A stretch of DNA of 63,043 nt, counting the filler, from Licmophora abbreviata (lineage: Eukaryota), in assembly GCA_900291995.1 (NCBI GenBank). It is 9 parts of 9 records of this genome, joined end to end, with 100 filler letters (N's around TTAATTAATTAA, not from the genome) between each part and the next. Parts side by side here need not be neighbours in the genome. Positions count along the whole stretch, not along the records: positions 1 to 21,537 come from OLMU01001387.1; 8 more parts are not named here. One strand, written 5' to 3'. How positions within the stretch are numbered: position 1 is the first letter of the stretch; every line of letters starts with the position of its first letter. Shown here piece after piece: positions 1 to 10,516 of the stretch. Both the position numbers and the translations under genes were made by a program. The notes beneath the pieces are model-generated. The model saw nothing but the letters and a program-made list of their open reading frames with translations, did not search any database and was not told the origin of the DNA.

Positions 1-939
1 TGCTGTAGGAATGCTGATTCCGTCTCTTCCAGGAATAAAATGCATCATGATCACCGCTGCGGCAGTGCTCATGATGATGATGACAAAAATGCACTTGGGA
101 AAATGGCGCCAGCGGTGAGTGCGTGTGCGTGTGGGGTTGGTTGGGGTTGGAGTATAAGAATCTTCGTCGCGTACATAAATGTATTGTAATGGGCGCCCAT
201 TACTTACATAGGGGCAAAGCGAGGATGCACGCCCAAAAGTAATGGGCGCCCATGTTTTACTTAGAAAAAAATATACCATAGGCTGTGTCGCAGTACTTCT
301 TTCTTTGGTTGGTGCGTTTCGTTGCGTTTCTTTGCTGACTTTCCCTTGATGCTGATGCCGTATGAAGCCTGCGTAGGAAAGTACCGGATTTTGGGTTGTC
401 TCTGGAGCACTTTTGGTAGCTTCGCATTGTTCATTTCTGTGTGGTTTTCGCTATCGTTTGTTGCGATCTGTAACCTTGGAGATTGAAACTGGGATGCTAG
501 CCGAAGACTTCCAGGGGGACGGGCGGTATCGGCGCATGGAGCGGCCATGCGTAGGTTGGTGCGTAAAACTTGTACTAGATGTAACCCGTATGTACGTGCG
601 TCAGTCCTGCACGAACTGTGGGCTAGGCAAAACATACCATTGTCGACTAGCAAGCTTTACCTGCAAGGTACATTGGAAGGCTTCCCGTCCTACGTACAAA
701 CCAACGTACTTCTACGATATAATAAGAATGCGGAGAGCTCGCACCCTCGGCGCCGTTGCAGATAGTGAAGCAACCTTTTCAGAAGCAACCTTATCAAGTC
801 ATCACTCTTGCCATCACTCTTGTTGTCTTGCCTTTGTCTCTGCGGGAAAACGACGCCTGCGTTCGCGTCGCCTTCAACGGTAGTCTCGCACAAAGAGATC
901 ATCTCAAAAACTGGATGGAACATACTGAATACAGGCGAC

Positions 940-2669
940 ATGATTCCCAAAATCAGGCGAAGAGACAAGCGCAGAGTTCCGCACCCGTTGAACTTGCTTC
1001 TTCTGGGGGCGACGCTGACACCCCGCCATATTTGTATTGCATTTACTCCCTCTGTTGTAAAGGGAACGACAGTCTCCATGATTCGACGGGTTGGTGCATT
1101 TCCTGATCTTGGGGTGAGGTCGGACATCGTCGGCCGGGAGGACATACAAACGAACCGAGCCAGGAAGAGTGAGATTGACGAAGATGACGACTTGATGGCT
1201 GTACCATTCGCCGATCGGCATCGGAGGCTCGGAGGGGATTTCGTGGGAGACACGACCATCTTTCGATCGCTTGCTGACTCTGGATCTCGTGACTTGGGAG
1301 CATACCCGACTGCCGGCTGCGATAGGAAGAATCCTCTCGGAACTGGGAGGACTCAAGGGCGAGTGTTTCGGATCTCGGCTGCAGTTCTTCTTCTTCCCTT
1401 TCTGTTTCATCACACGGCAGCTTTCGCAATCGATCATCCCGTTGACACTCTCCACTTGGATCTTCCTCAACTGAGCCCCGACGCCGATCCACGTTATTTT
1501 CTGTCGGGTGGACTCTCCGCTGCGTTCTCTCATGGCATTACGACTCCACGTAAGTTGGAACTAGTTTGCAATGATGCACTCTCTAAGATTCGTTTTCTCA
1601 CTCCATTGCCTTGACAGTCGACGTGGTGAAGACACGAATACAAGCCGAGCCCGCAGCGTTCAAAACGGGGGTGTTTGCCTCTGCAGCGTCGATAATCGAA
1701 AAGGACGGCATTCAGGTCTTATTGACTGGACTTGGACCGACTATCATTGGATATGGCATGGAAGGCGCAATGAAATTTGGTCTCTACGAGTCGCTAAAAC
1801 CGACCTTTCGAACTTTTTTCCCGGCCGATGACATAGCGCTCCCCTATCTCTTTGCGAGCATTGTAGCAGGCGGTGTCGCGAGTCTCATGCTATTGCCCAT
1901 GGAACGAACGCGCATACGACTCGTCACCGACTCTGATTTTGCGGATGGATTGGTATGTGTCGAAGGAGAATAGAGAATTCCTCTCTGCTGTTGGGTTCTC
2001 GCAACGCTATCGGTACTCAACATTATGCTCACGCCTCCTTTGCCTACGTGAATCGTCGATAGCTGACTGGTCTCCCGCGTCTCGTGGATGAGGAAGGATT
2101 CATTATCACATTCTTTTCGGGGCTGCCTGCCATGCTCTCAAAGCAGGTTCCATACGTAAGTTCTTGCCTTCACTTGTTGTCTTACCGTCGGATAGTCCCT
2201 AATGAAACTTCTGCCGTGTAGACCATTGCCAAACAGGTCTCGTTCGATGCCCTCGCCGGTCTGCTTTACAGTGCGGCTGCAACAGCCAGCTTACCTGCAT
2301 CGGATGTCAAGTTTGAAGTGTCGTTCGGTGCTGCGCTTTTAGCTTCCATTTTGTCATGTGTTTTTAGTCATCCTGGCGACGTTGTGCTCACAGACACGTA
2401 CAAGCAAGACAACAAAGGCGGATTCGTTCAAGTCGTCTCTGAAATCTTTACCCAACAAGGACTGGGTGGCTTTTTCGCTGGCCTTAACGCCCGATTTCTC
2501 CACGTTGGGGCCATTATCACCTCCCAATTAGGTATGTGTGTTGCCAGTGCTCCAAGGCTTCCCGTCGCTCATTTAGGAGTACCAGTCTTATCCATTTCTG
2601 TTTCATGCCCCAGTCCTTTACGACCTCGTGAAGCAACTGCTTGGGTTACCGGCGACTGGAACGCATTGA
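940..2669 (+). CDS. SLC25 mitochondrial-carrier family, phosphate-carrier (PiC/MIR1-like) type, with long N-terminal extension; 5 exons
   Basis: Splicing GT-AG introns 1550-1617, 1953-2062, 2156-2221 and 2532-2613 gives the carrier signatures PLDVVKTRIQ, PMERTRIRL and HPGDVVL. It also gives PiC-like MKFGLYE and KQVPYTIAKQVSFD, ending LYDLVKQLLGLPATGTH*. First in-frame ATG is at 940. Confidence 0.85.
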
Positions 2670-2975
2670 CCTATCTTGCTTCATCGGCTGTCCTGGCATC
2701 GAGGATTGCGAATGGAGCGATGCTATTATCGACTTCTGATACACACCTTAGTACTGCAGAGTCGTATCAAGTATTCTTTGCGAATCTAGTGGCGCCTAGT
2801 GCTCCTCGAACATTCTGCAGAAGGCAATAGCGAAGCCGGGGGTTGCCATTTCCTTTCCCTTGGACCTTGATGGCGTCATCACAATGAACACTTTTTGCCT
2901 AAGGGAAAGAGAAAAGTCGACTCATGCTTAGACTGTCGACTCCTTTGTGTAATCTTTAATTTTACAGACACGCCA

Positions 2976-4889
2976 CTATTGGAAAGGCGTCTCAAAGACA
3001 CTATCGTCACTCTTCGTGGCGGATACCTTTGTCGCCGCGACGGAAGTCTTCGGTTCCGTCGCAAGTCCATCTTTGTTGTCCTTATTGAAATCAACTGGAA
3101 CCTCCATCAATTTCGCTTCTTGAATCATCCGCCTTGCTTCCTCTTTGGCTGCAACGTCACCCACGTTGGCGTTCGGTTCTTCGTATTCGTAGCTCTGTGC
3201 CTGCCCGAGAAACGGTGTGACCGACTGCGGTAGAGGAGCGCCCTCTGTCAAGCTGTACGAAACGATACTCCATGCCATGCCCAAAGCAACAGAAGGAGGA
3301 ATCCGCACAATAAAATTGAGTCCATACCACAAGCGGGCCGCCCATGACTCGTGTTTGTCGTTGTTGGGCAGTCCCTTCCATCCCGCCAAGAACCCCGACC
3401 AAAGCTCCATCGGAAGCGCAAAGAACCCATCAAAGAAGCCTCGAAGGCCAACGACGTCTTGGACCATGAGAAATTCTCCACCGTAGACGGCAAAATTGCG
3501 CTGCATAATGGCCTCGGGAGACCAAACAGCGTGGTACGCCGACGCAGCCGCGCGGTCCAAATTTGGCTCCGATGACGACGTTAGCTCAGCCTTGATTGCC
3601 TTCGCCATGTCAGAGGCTCCCATGAGGCACCGGCACAAGTGAAAGCCGGTACTTGGATGCACCATGGCAGCGGCTCCACCCAGCCCAATCACACGTTGGT
3701 CCTTGATCGGCAACGCACCGCCCATTGGAATGTAGCAATATTCCTCTTCTTCGACTTTCGTCACCTTGATCCCCAAATGTTTCAGTCTACTAAAACAGCG
3801 ATCTTTGCACTCTTGAAAGCTCATGGCCGGACGGGCCACAAGTGATGTTTCTTCGAAGAAGACCTTGTTCCCCTCGAGCGGCATGGCGTACATGAATGTT
3901 GGATTCTTGAAAGCCCCCACATCGTCATCTGTAGAAAAGTGATCCGTACGATAATCAAAAAGAGTCATGGCCTCCTTGTCATAAGGTCCAATCATGGTCG
4001 TGTCGGGCGAATCGGACTCATCGATCTCCACCACGGCACCATAAGCAATCTGGAAACCCAAAGGACGATGCCCCGCGGCACGAGTATCTCGCAACACTAA
4101 CTTGGTTTCGTGTCCCGTCGTGTCAACTACCAGCTTGGACCGAACAGAGATATTTGAACCATCCTTTTGCTGCAGTTGAATGCTCGTCCCATCTTCATCG
4201 TGGACGAGCGACCCCGCCGGTGTGTAGACATTCACGCCGACCGCTGCCGAGACATGATTGGCTCGAACTTCGCGATATGATTGAGCATCATCACTCGGAA
4301 GCAACGTTTTCCGCAGGGCAAACCTATCGACGCGACAGTACGGACGATCTAGCCGCAGACGTTCTTCCATAGGGGTACCAAAGGATCCTCCAAAGAAACA
4401 GTCTGTGACGGACCACTGACGATCCACGCAGCCGCCCACTTTGCCGCCTTGTAAGTTCACTCCGAATTGACCGTAACGCTCCAAAACAGCATCCCACTCG
4501 TCCCTCCAGACACCATAGTTGGCCGGCCACTCCCTGTCGAGATTCTGATCGGCAAGAATAACATTCAAGCTTCCGCCCTGTTTGGAGGCCAGTAAGGCAG
4601 CGATGGTCCGTCCTGCAGGACCACTTCCCAACACGAGTACATCACAAATCTCATCGTAGGACGAATCCGAAGACGAAAGAGAGGATGAATACGACGCAGA
4701 CCCGAACGATCTTGGCAACGATCGGCGTCTGTTCCAGTCGACACTGCCACCACAAGCGCCAGTTGGTAGCCGATTTCGAAAGTCTCGACTCGTGTCACGC
4801 GAGCTCTCTATTCTCGCCGCGACGTGGCTCGTTGAGACAAACGCCAGCGCCGGAGATGCCAAAAGGAAAAGTCCCGCGATGCATTTCAT
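2976..4889 (-). CDS. LCYB: Lycopene beta-cyclase, plastid-targeted
   Basis: Bipartite presequence MKCIAGLFLLASPALA-FVS. Motifs: DVLVLGSGPAG dinucleotide motif, NYGVW.DEW, PTFMYAMP, FFEETSLVARP, EEYCYIPMGG, MVHPSTGF. Confidence 0.93.
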   Translation of the reverse strand: MKCIAGLFLLASPALAFVSTSHVAARIESSRDTSRDFRNRLPTGACGGSVDWNRRRSLPRSFGSASYSSSLSSSDSSYDEICDVLVLGSGPAGRTIAALLASKQGGSLNVILADQNLDREWPANYGVWRDEWDAVLERYGQFGVNLQGGKVGGCVDRQWSVTDCFFGGSFGTPMEERLRLDRPYCRVDRFALRKTLLPSDDAQSYREVRANHVSAAVGVNVYTPAGSLVHDEDGTSIQLQQKDGSNISVRSKLVVDTTGHETKLVLRDTRAAGHRPLGFQIAYGAVVEIDESDSPDTTMIGPYDKEAMTLFDYRTDHFSTDDDVGAFKNPTFMYAMPLEGNKVFFEETSLVARPAMSFQECKDRCFSRLKHLGIKVTKVEEEEYCYIPMGGALPIKDQRVIGLGGAAAMVHPSTGFHLCRCLMGASDMAKAIKAELTSSSEPNLDRAAASAYHAVWSPEAIMQRNFAVYGGEFLMVQDVVGLRGFFDGFFALPMELWSGFLAGWKGLPNNDKHESWAARLWYGLNFIVRIPPSVALGMAWSIVSYSLTEGAPLPQSVTPFLGQAQSYEYEEPNANVGDVAAKEEARRMIQEAKLMEVPVDFNKDNKDGLATEPKTSVAATKVSATKSDDSVFETPFQ

Positions 4890-4942
4890 ACTAGTAGTGA
4901 GGGAAGGGCACGTTTTGCTCTTCTTCGACGTTTACGATGTAT

Positions 4943-4966
4943 TGTAGAACTGTAGAACTGTAGAAC
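4943..4966. repeat. (TGTAGAAC)x3 tandem repeat just upstream of LCYB
   Basis: Three exact 8-mer copies read directly. Confidence 0.8.
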
Positions 4967-5413
4967 AAACTGATGGCTTGCGAGGCAAACACCGCCTTCA
5001 CATGTTTCGCACGTTGAAGTGTCTGACTTGCACAGATTTTTTGTTGTTGTGCCGACTGACGTATCACATCACGAGCTTCGGGAAAGGTACTTTCACATAA
5101 AGCTCGCGTCGTCACAACCCACGTATTATACATTCGAACATGGATGATAATATTGTATGATACTATGCACAATTGACCGTTGCGCGCGCCCGCCGACTGA
5201 CATGAAGAGACCCGGATGAGGGACACGGCAACAATGCCACAGACAAAAAGAGCCACAACGCGACCACCCCCCGACGAGTGAGTCCAACAGGAGTACTCCT
5301 GGAGTCAGCCCACACGGTGACAGCGTGCTCCATCGACGATTTCATGCTCGTTGAGGACAGAACTGATACTTCTGGGCCCTCTCCTGCTTGATTTTTCAGT
5401 GCAGTGATCATAA

Positions 5414-7828
5414 ATGACAACAGAGGGACCAAAGGAGCCTCCGGCAGAGTCAAATGACTCGTCTCCGCCACTGCGACATCGACAGACTCGTTCCCCTAGC
5501 AGCAGTGACCTGGAAGGCAGCGCGACACCGCAGCAGACTGATGGAGATGATCCGCGTGCTTCTCCTAGATCCGACGATGTAGAAGAGAATCTTGAGGCGA
5601 TGAACTCGCATCGCCAACGCTCCAGCTTGGGCCATGCGACGACAGGGGCTGCTATCGGCAATACAACTAGTTCGAATCGACCTCCATCGCGTGCCATTCA
5701 CGAGGGCAGAAGCAAAAGGCATATCAGTGACGCAGCCTCTGCAGTGAGTCCGTCTACTGTGCAGTCGCTCTCTGAAGAGCAAGAGAAGGATCGCCAGTGG
5801 GTTGAGCAATTTTGGAGAACGTACGATGATATTATTTTCATTTCGCTCTTTACACAGCTGGGTATGGTCTTTCGAATCGCCGCTGCCAACTGGTTTGCCT
5901 ACTTTGACAATACTTTTCGCCACGACAGCGCGCTTTTTATCAATCTTCCATTGAACTGCATGAGTGCCTGCATTCTCGGATTCCTTTGCGATGGACAGAG
6001 CCTCATGCAAGTAATTGAAACGAGATTTACTCCTCCAAAGGCACGAGAGGATATGACACGCTGTAGTCATTCGGATCACAGAGCCGGGACTGCGGATCCT
6101 CAGAACAGCGGGAGCAGGCGAAGTAGTATTGGCAGCGATGCAACTCCTCCGTTGCAGTCCGTCTTGGACTCACCGCCGCTGCGTCGACGACGTGGACTCA
6201 GATGGCGTTTCCGTCGTGGACAGCGCGATCGCTTGCCGGCATCTTCCATACCGGCAAATCAGTGGGCCACGGTGGGTCGCGTCGGCGATCCAGAACTGCG
6301 GGCAGTGCAACTTCAGGCCTATGAGCGCCGAATACGAGCTTCATCGTGCTTGGTTTTGTTCCCCGTGAAAAAGGAGGATGTCGACGTGATGGAGCATTAT
6401 TTTGACCGTGGATATCAGAGGCGTCCGGGTGCCGACGATGACATGGGCGACTTGGAATTGCAATTGCTAGGGGATCCAGCAAGTCTGCTATCGCGTTCGA
6501 CGTCACCTGCTACGGCTGCTAATGTTCGAGCCCACTCAGCCCGGTCCCCGACTGATCTGGACGACGCAGATGATGTTGAATGGTCAGAATTCGGGAATCC
6601 TTCAGCGGAGTCGGTCGAAACGGATCCTGCTGGAACGTCCGCAGGGGCCACTAATGGGTCCAGCTCCCGAAACAATGGCCCCCAGAATCCTTCAGGAAGC
6701 GCGTCGGAACCGAACGTGGACTATCCGACACAGGTGGACCGCGACCTTGATCAAATTTTCCAGGACGTGTCGTCCAACATTACTACAAATATTCAGGACG
6801 CAACGAACAATATTACCACCAATCTGTCTCGTTTTCAACGTGTCAGTCTAGCAGACGGTTGGGATCGAGGTACAACGGCGAAGGAAATGAGCGCAGATCT
6901 ATTGCTTGGATTGAGACAAGGTTTTTGCGGAGCCCTTTCGACATTTAGTTCGTGGAACTCGAGTATGGTCTCGTTGATTGAGAGCGGAGCTGTCTCCGAC
7001 GCCATTGTCGGGTATGCGATTGGACTGCAGTTACCGATAGTCTCTTATCGCTTTGGTCAGCACATTGCTGTCTACTGCTTCATTTGGCGATGTCGACGCG
7101 AAAACCGTACGGACGCCAAGCGTGGGTACGGGATCCGCGTCAGCACCAACGAACACTCCCTGGACATTCAAGACGACGATGACGATGGAGACAATGGCAA
7201 CCACCACGACACAGATACTCGAATGGGATCACCGGTGCGCCCCAACGCGAGCATCCGAGATGACCCCAAGGACGACGAACTGCCCTCGATGCGGGCGATG
7301 GCGACGGCACTGTTTGTCATGTCCATCGTCACGCAAACTTCCGCCATATTCTTCTTTACAGATCCAGCCCAGAGACAACTTGCCATCAGTCTCTTGTTCT
7401 CGCCGCTGGGTGTCTTGACGCGATGGCGAATATCCAAGTGGAATCGCTTAATCCCGGGGTTCCCACTGGGAACTTTTGCGAGTAATATGCTGAGCTGTGC
7501 ACTAAGTGGAAGTTTCGGTCGACTGTTGTCGGGCAACCCTCGACCCGAGGAACGCATTGTATTGCAGGGCATGGTGTCTGGTTTTGCGGGCTCTCTGAGT
7601 TCCTCGACAACATTGATAGTCGAGATATTGAACGGAGTGGATCCGGTGCTGTTTCGCTTTGACGGCTTCACATACGGAATCTGCACCGTGTTCTGGGGGA
7701 TGCTTATTGGCTTCCTCACTTCGGCATCAGTCAACTTTGCCGATACCGCGGCTGTCCCGGACGAGACGCTGGGCCCCAGCTTGGCGCCGACGACAGCTCC
7801 GTCGATGTCCTTCGGTGGATCTGGTTAG
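5414..7828 (+). CDS. FEX: Fluoride export channel FEX (two CrcB/Fluc-like domains)
   Basis: Domain 1: LGMVFR..NLPLNCMSACILGFL..GLRQGFCGALSTFSSW. Domain 2: FSPLGVLTRW..FPLGTFASNML..GFAGSLSSSTTLIVE. Confidence 0.85.
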   Translation: MTTEGPKEPPAESNDSSPPLRHRQTRSPSSSDLEGSATPQQTDGDDPRASPRSDDVEENLEAMNSHRQRSSLGHATTGAAIGNTTSSNRPPSRAIHEGRSKRHISDAASAVSPSTVQSLSEEQEKDRQWVEQFWRTYDDIIFISLFTQLGMVFRIAAANWFAYFDNTFRHDSALFINLPLNCMSACILGFLCDGQSLMQVIETRFTPPKAREDMTRCSHSDHRAGTADPQNSGSRRSSIGSDATPPLQSVLDSPPLRRRRGLRWRFRRGQRDRLPASSIPANQWATVGRVGDPELRAVQLQAYERRIRASSCLVLFPVKKEDVDVMEHYFDRGYQRRPGADDDMGDLELQLLGDPASLLSRSTSPATAANVRAHSARSPTDLDDADDVEWSEFGNPSAESVETDPAGTSAGATNGSSSRNNGPQNPSGSASEPNVDYPTQVDRDLDQIFQDVSSNITTNIQDATNNITTNLSRFQRVSLADGWDRGTTAKEMSADLLLGLRQGFCGALSTFSSWNSSMVSLIESGAVSDAIVGYAIGLQLPIVSYRFGQHIAVYCFIWRCRRENRTDAKRGYGIRVSTNEHSLDIQDDDDDGDNGNHHDTDTRMGSPVRPNASIRDDPKDDELPSMRAMATALFVMSIVTQTSAIFFFTDPAQRQLAISLLFSPLGVLTRWRISKWNRLIPGFPLGTFASNMLSCALSGSFGRLLSGNPRPEERIVLQGMVSGFAGSLSSSTTLIVEILNGVDPVLFRFDGFTYGICTVFWGMLIGFLTSASVNFADTAAVPDETLGPSLAPTTAPSMSFGGSG

Positions 7829-7950
7829 ATGCGTATGATGCAGAGAAACAGTAAAATGGCTAGAGAGAAAGGATAACCTCATTCCATTAGGTATTACGCA
7901 CGGCGATTACTTCTCTCAGACCGACGGTGTGCTGTTTATTATGCATACCG

Positions 7951-9000
7951 CTATTGACCAGTCTTGACGTTCAACATGTCCTTTGTCGACTCGTATACGA
8001 GAAACATGGTTCCGACCATGGGTATTACTTTGATGAGTTCCGGAGTCAGTCCTCGATAGACACTGGAGATTCCCTCGGATCGTATCATATTGACAAAGGC
8101 CTGTCGCGCCGACACACGTTCCGCCTCTGGAATGTGCAAGTTCTGGATCTGCATTCGTCGCCGTATTGTGTCCATCGGAAAGGTTGTTAACGTTGCCAAC
8201 GCACCACTGCACGCACCGCACAATAGCGTCAGTTGGAAACCTAATCTCGCTTCTCCAGTATCGGAGTCGACAGCTCGCAAATTGTAGAAGAGCTCATCGT
8301 CCAGCGCCTGTTCCTTGAGCGTTCCGTAGACGGTGTAGGAAATTGCAAAATTGGGCACGGCCACCAATAGGGTAGGCCCGATGCCAGCATAGAATCCCGC
8401 CAAGCCTTCGGATCGTGCAATTTTTCGAAAGGCATCGAGCATGCCTCGATAATGCTCGTGTCCTTCGAGTTCTGTTGTGAGTCGCGCCCTGACCAAATCG
8501 AGCGGGTAGCACGCCAACACAGCTGCCGTTCCTGCTGTCGCGCCAGCTAGAAACTTGGCCAAGGCCGACGAGTCCTTTGGCCTCTGAAATGGCCGAGACA
8601 CACGCTCTGTGAAGCGTCGTGCGAGCTGCGCTCCCGTCTCGTGGTCGTCTTCTTCTTCTGCTTCCTCTCGGTCTCTGAGAAACAGCAGCATGTGTTCGTA
8701 GACGTAAAAGTTGATCGCACTGTATGGAAATCGATGTAGTACCGACGTCCCATTTCCCCTCCATAACGACCTTAGGCCACCTCGTTCGATAATTTTCATG
8801 AAGCCACCCGTGTAGGAGAGTGCAAACTTCGGATGATGCTTTTTCGTCGTTACCAAGGAGTGCACTTGATATAAAATAGTCAGTCGACTGAAGGGCGCTG
8901 TGACGGTCTTTGCGGTTGCTCCTGCAACGCCTCCACAAAACAAGTGTTTTATGGCGTCTCGCGTCTTTTGTCCGTTCGTCGATGGTGTAGACGAAGACAT
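7951..9000 (-). CDS. SLC25 mitochondrial carrier (adenine nucleotide/CoA-type subfamily)
   Basis: Three repeats (APFSRLTILYQ, YPLDLVRARL, FPMDTIRRRMQ) and LWRGNGTSVLHRFPYSAINF. Likely ATG at 9000; the ORF-track start 9111 is TTG. Confidence 0.88.
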   Translation of the reverse strand: MSSSTPSTNGQKTRDAIKHLFCGGVAGATAKTVTAPFSRLTILYQVHSLVTTKKHHPKFALSYTGGFMKIIERGGLRSLWRGNGTSVLHRFPYSAINFYVYEHMLLFLRDREEAEEEDDHETGAQLARRFTERVSRPFQRPKDSSALAKFLAGATAGTAAVLACYPLDLVRARLTTELEGHEHYRGMLDAFRKIARSEGLAGFYAGIGPTLLVAVPNFAISYTVYGTLKEQALDDELFYNLRAVDSDTGEARLGFQLTLLCGACSGALATLTTFPMDTIRRRMQIQNLHIPEAERVSARQAFVNMIRSEGISSVYRGLTPELIKVIPMVGTMFLVYESTKDMLNVKTGQ

Positions 9001-9611
9001 GGTGGATATGTTGCTCTTCTCAGTCAGGGGTACCAGGTACGGGTCCTGCACTTTGGATGTTCTGCACTTCGTCGCGGCTTCACAAGTAGTTTCAATTTGG
9101 AGCTTTCCCAAACACTCAATTGGCAGATGTAATGTAACGCTGGAGAAATCCTCTCTTCCTGCGTAGTCTTATTTGCAATGAGATATGACAGCAGCACAAG
9201 GAAGAAGATATCAGTCCAAGCAACGACAGACTTTACGGCTCACGTTTTGCCCCCGCGATGTTCAATGCGGTCAAACTCAACCTTGGTCGCACTTTCGACT
9301 TAGTCGGTGGCATCGCGCATCGCGCGCGACATCACACTACGAGCCTACTCGTATGTACAATGTCCGTTCACGCAGCTTTTGGACCGCGTCGGGCATTGAC
9401 CCTCGTCCCGATTCGAGTCAGTCTATCGTCGACTGGATACTATTTTGGTCGTAAAAGTAGAGATCATAATAACAGGTTCGTTAGAGTACGAGTAGTCTAA
9501 AAAGTCACTGAATTCAATCGCTTCGCCACAAGGCTATCGTGTCTGTTTTGTTAATTGCTCTCTCGTGTCTTCCTGTTTCGTTAAAAAATCATCTTCACAC
9601 CCTTTCGCACC

Positions 9612-10243
9612 TTACATCAGTGCCACTGCAACACTCAAAGCAGTCGCCCCTCCCATCAAGTAATAGGCCGACCGTTCACTCTTTTCATTCGTCAACAGCT
9701 CTGGCTTTTCATCCCACAGCAAATGACGAAGACCTCCTCCATAATGATAGATAATGTTAAAGGAGACCCCAAACTTGAAGGTCGTGGCAACCAAGAAGTT
9801 CTGGGAGCCAATATATTCCATAAGATGCAAAGCTGCACCGGATCCGCCCAGTAGTTCGGTCGCTCCCAAGCCCGCAGCGCCAAGCGTCATGAGACATCCC
9901 GTTGCACGATTTATGCCGCTGCTAAAGACGACAATGGGAAACTTGTACATGGTAATGTGAGGAGACACAGGCCGCCCTGTTTGCTCCATGCGAGAGTAGT
10001 AGTTCTAAGCCAAAACGAGAGAGAGGAAGAGAGTGAGATCCTGTCTAAGAGTTATCATACGAGGTACATGATACATACAAAATGCGAATCCCCTCGGCGT
10101 ACCTGTTTTTTGTATTCTTCTCCGCTCTTTTTGGACAACACCGTCATGCTGCGGGACGCCTGCGGTAAGATGAGTCTCTTGAAGACCGCATTAGGCGAAG
10201 AAGCGGGCCGCAAGGCCGCATTTCCAAAGACCAGCAAGCTCAT
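9612..10243 (-). CDS. SDH3: Succinate dehydrogenase cytochrome b560 subunit; 2 exons
   Basis: Exon 1 (10243-10103) encodes a mitochondrial-type presequence; intron 10102-10005. Exon 2 has RPVSPHITMYKFP, SGINRATG and YHYGGGLRHLLWD. Confidence 0.92.
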
Positions 10244-10516
10244 GGTGCTCGCTTGTCTTTTCAGATCTTGCTGTGCGAAGAATGTCGTCTTGTTGGCTTT
10301 TGCAGATGGCAAGCCAGATCGGTGTTCGGCACTACAGAACACATTTTGGTAAATTCCTGATTCCTGTTTTCGCCTGACCAACCTCGAAACCGCGACCACA
10401 CACACACACATAAAAATTGGAGCGACCGCGAGACGACTTGAACCATGGTATTGGACCATCGCAAGAACAACGCGCCCCCGCCTTCAAATCTTGCATCCAA
10501 TGGGGACTCTTATAAC

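Noticed and set aside
261..1533. Several overlapping ORFs upstream of and antisense to the phosphate carrier
   Set aside because: No recognisable motifs; they are shadows of the real gene or decayed sequence.
5057..5062. TGACGT aureochrome/bZIP-like box upstream of LCYB (also 52271-52276)
   Set aside because: A 6-mer is expected by chance every few kb; there is no further support.
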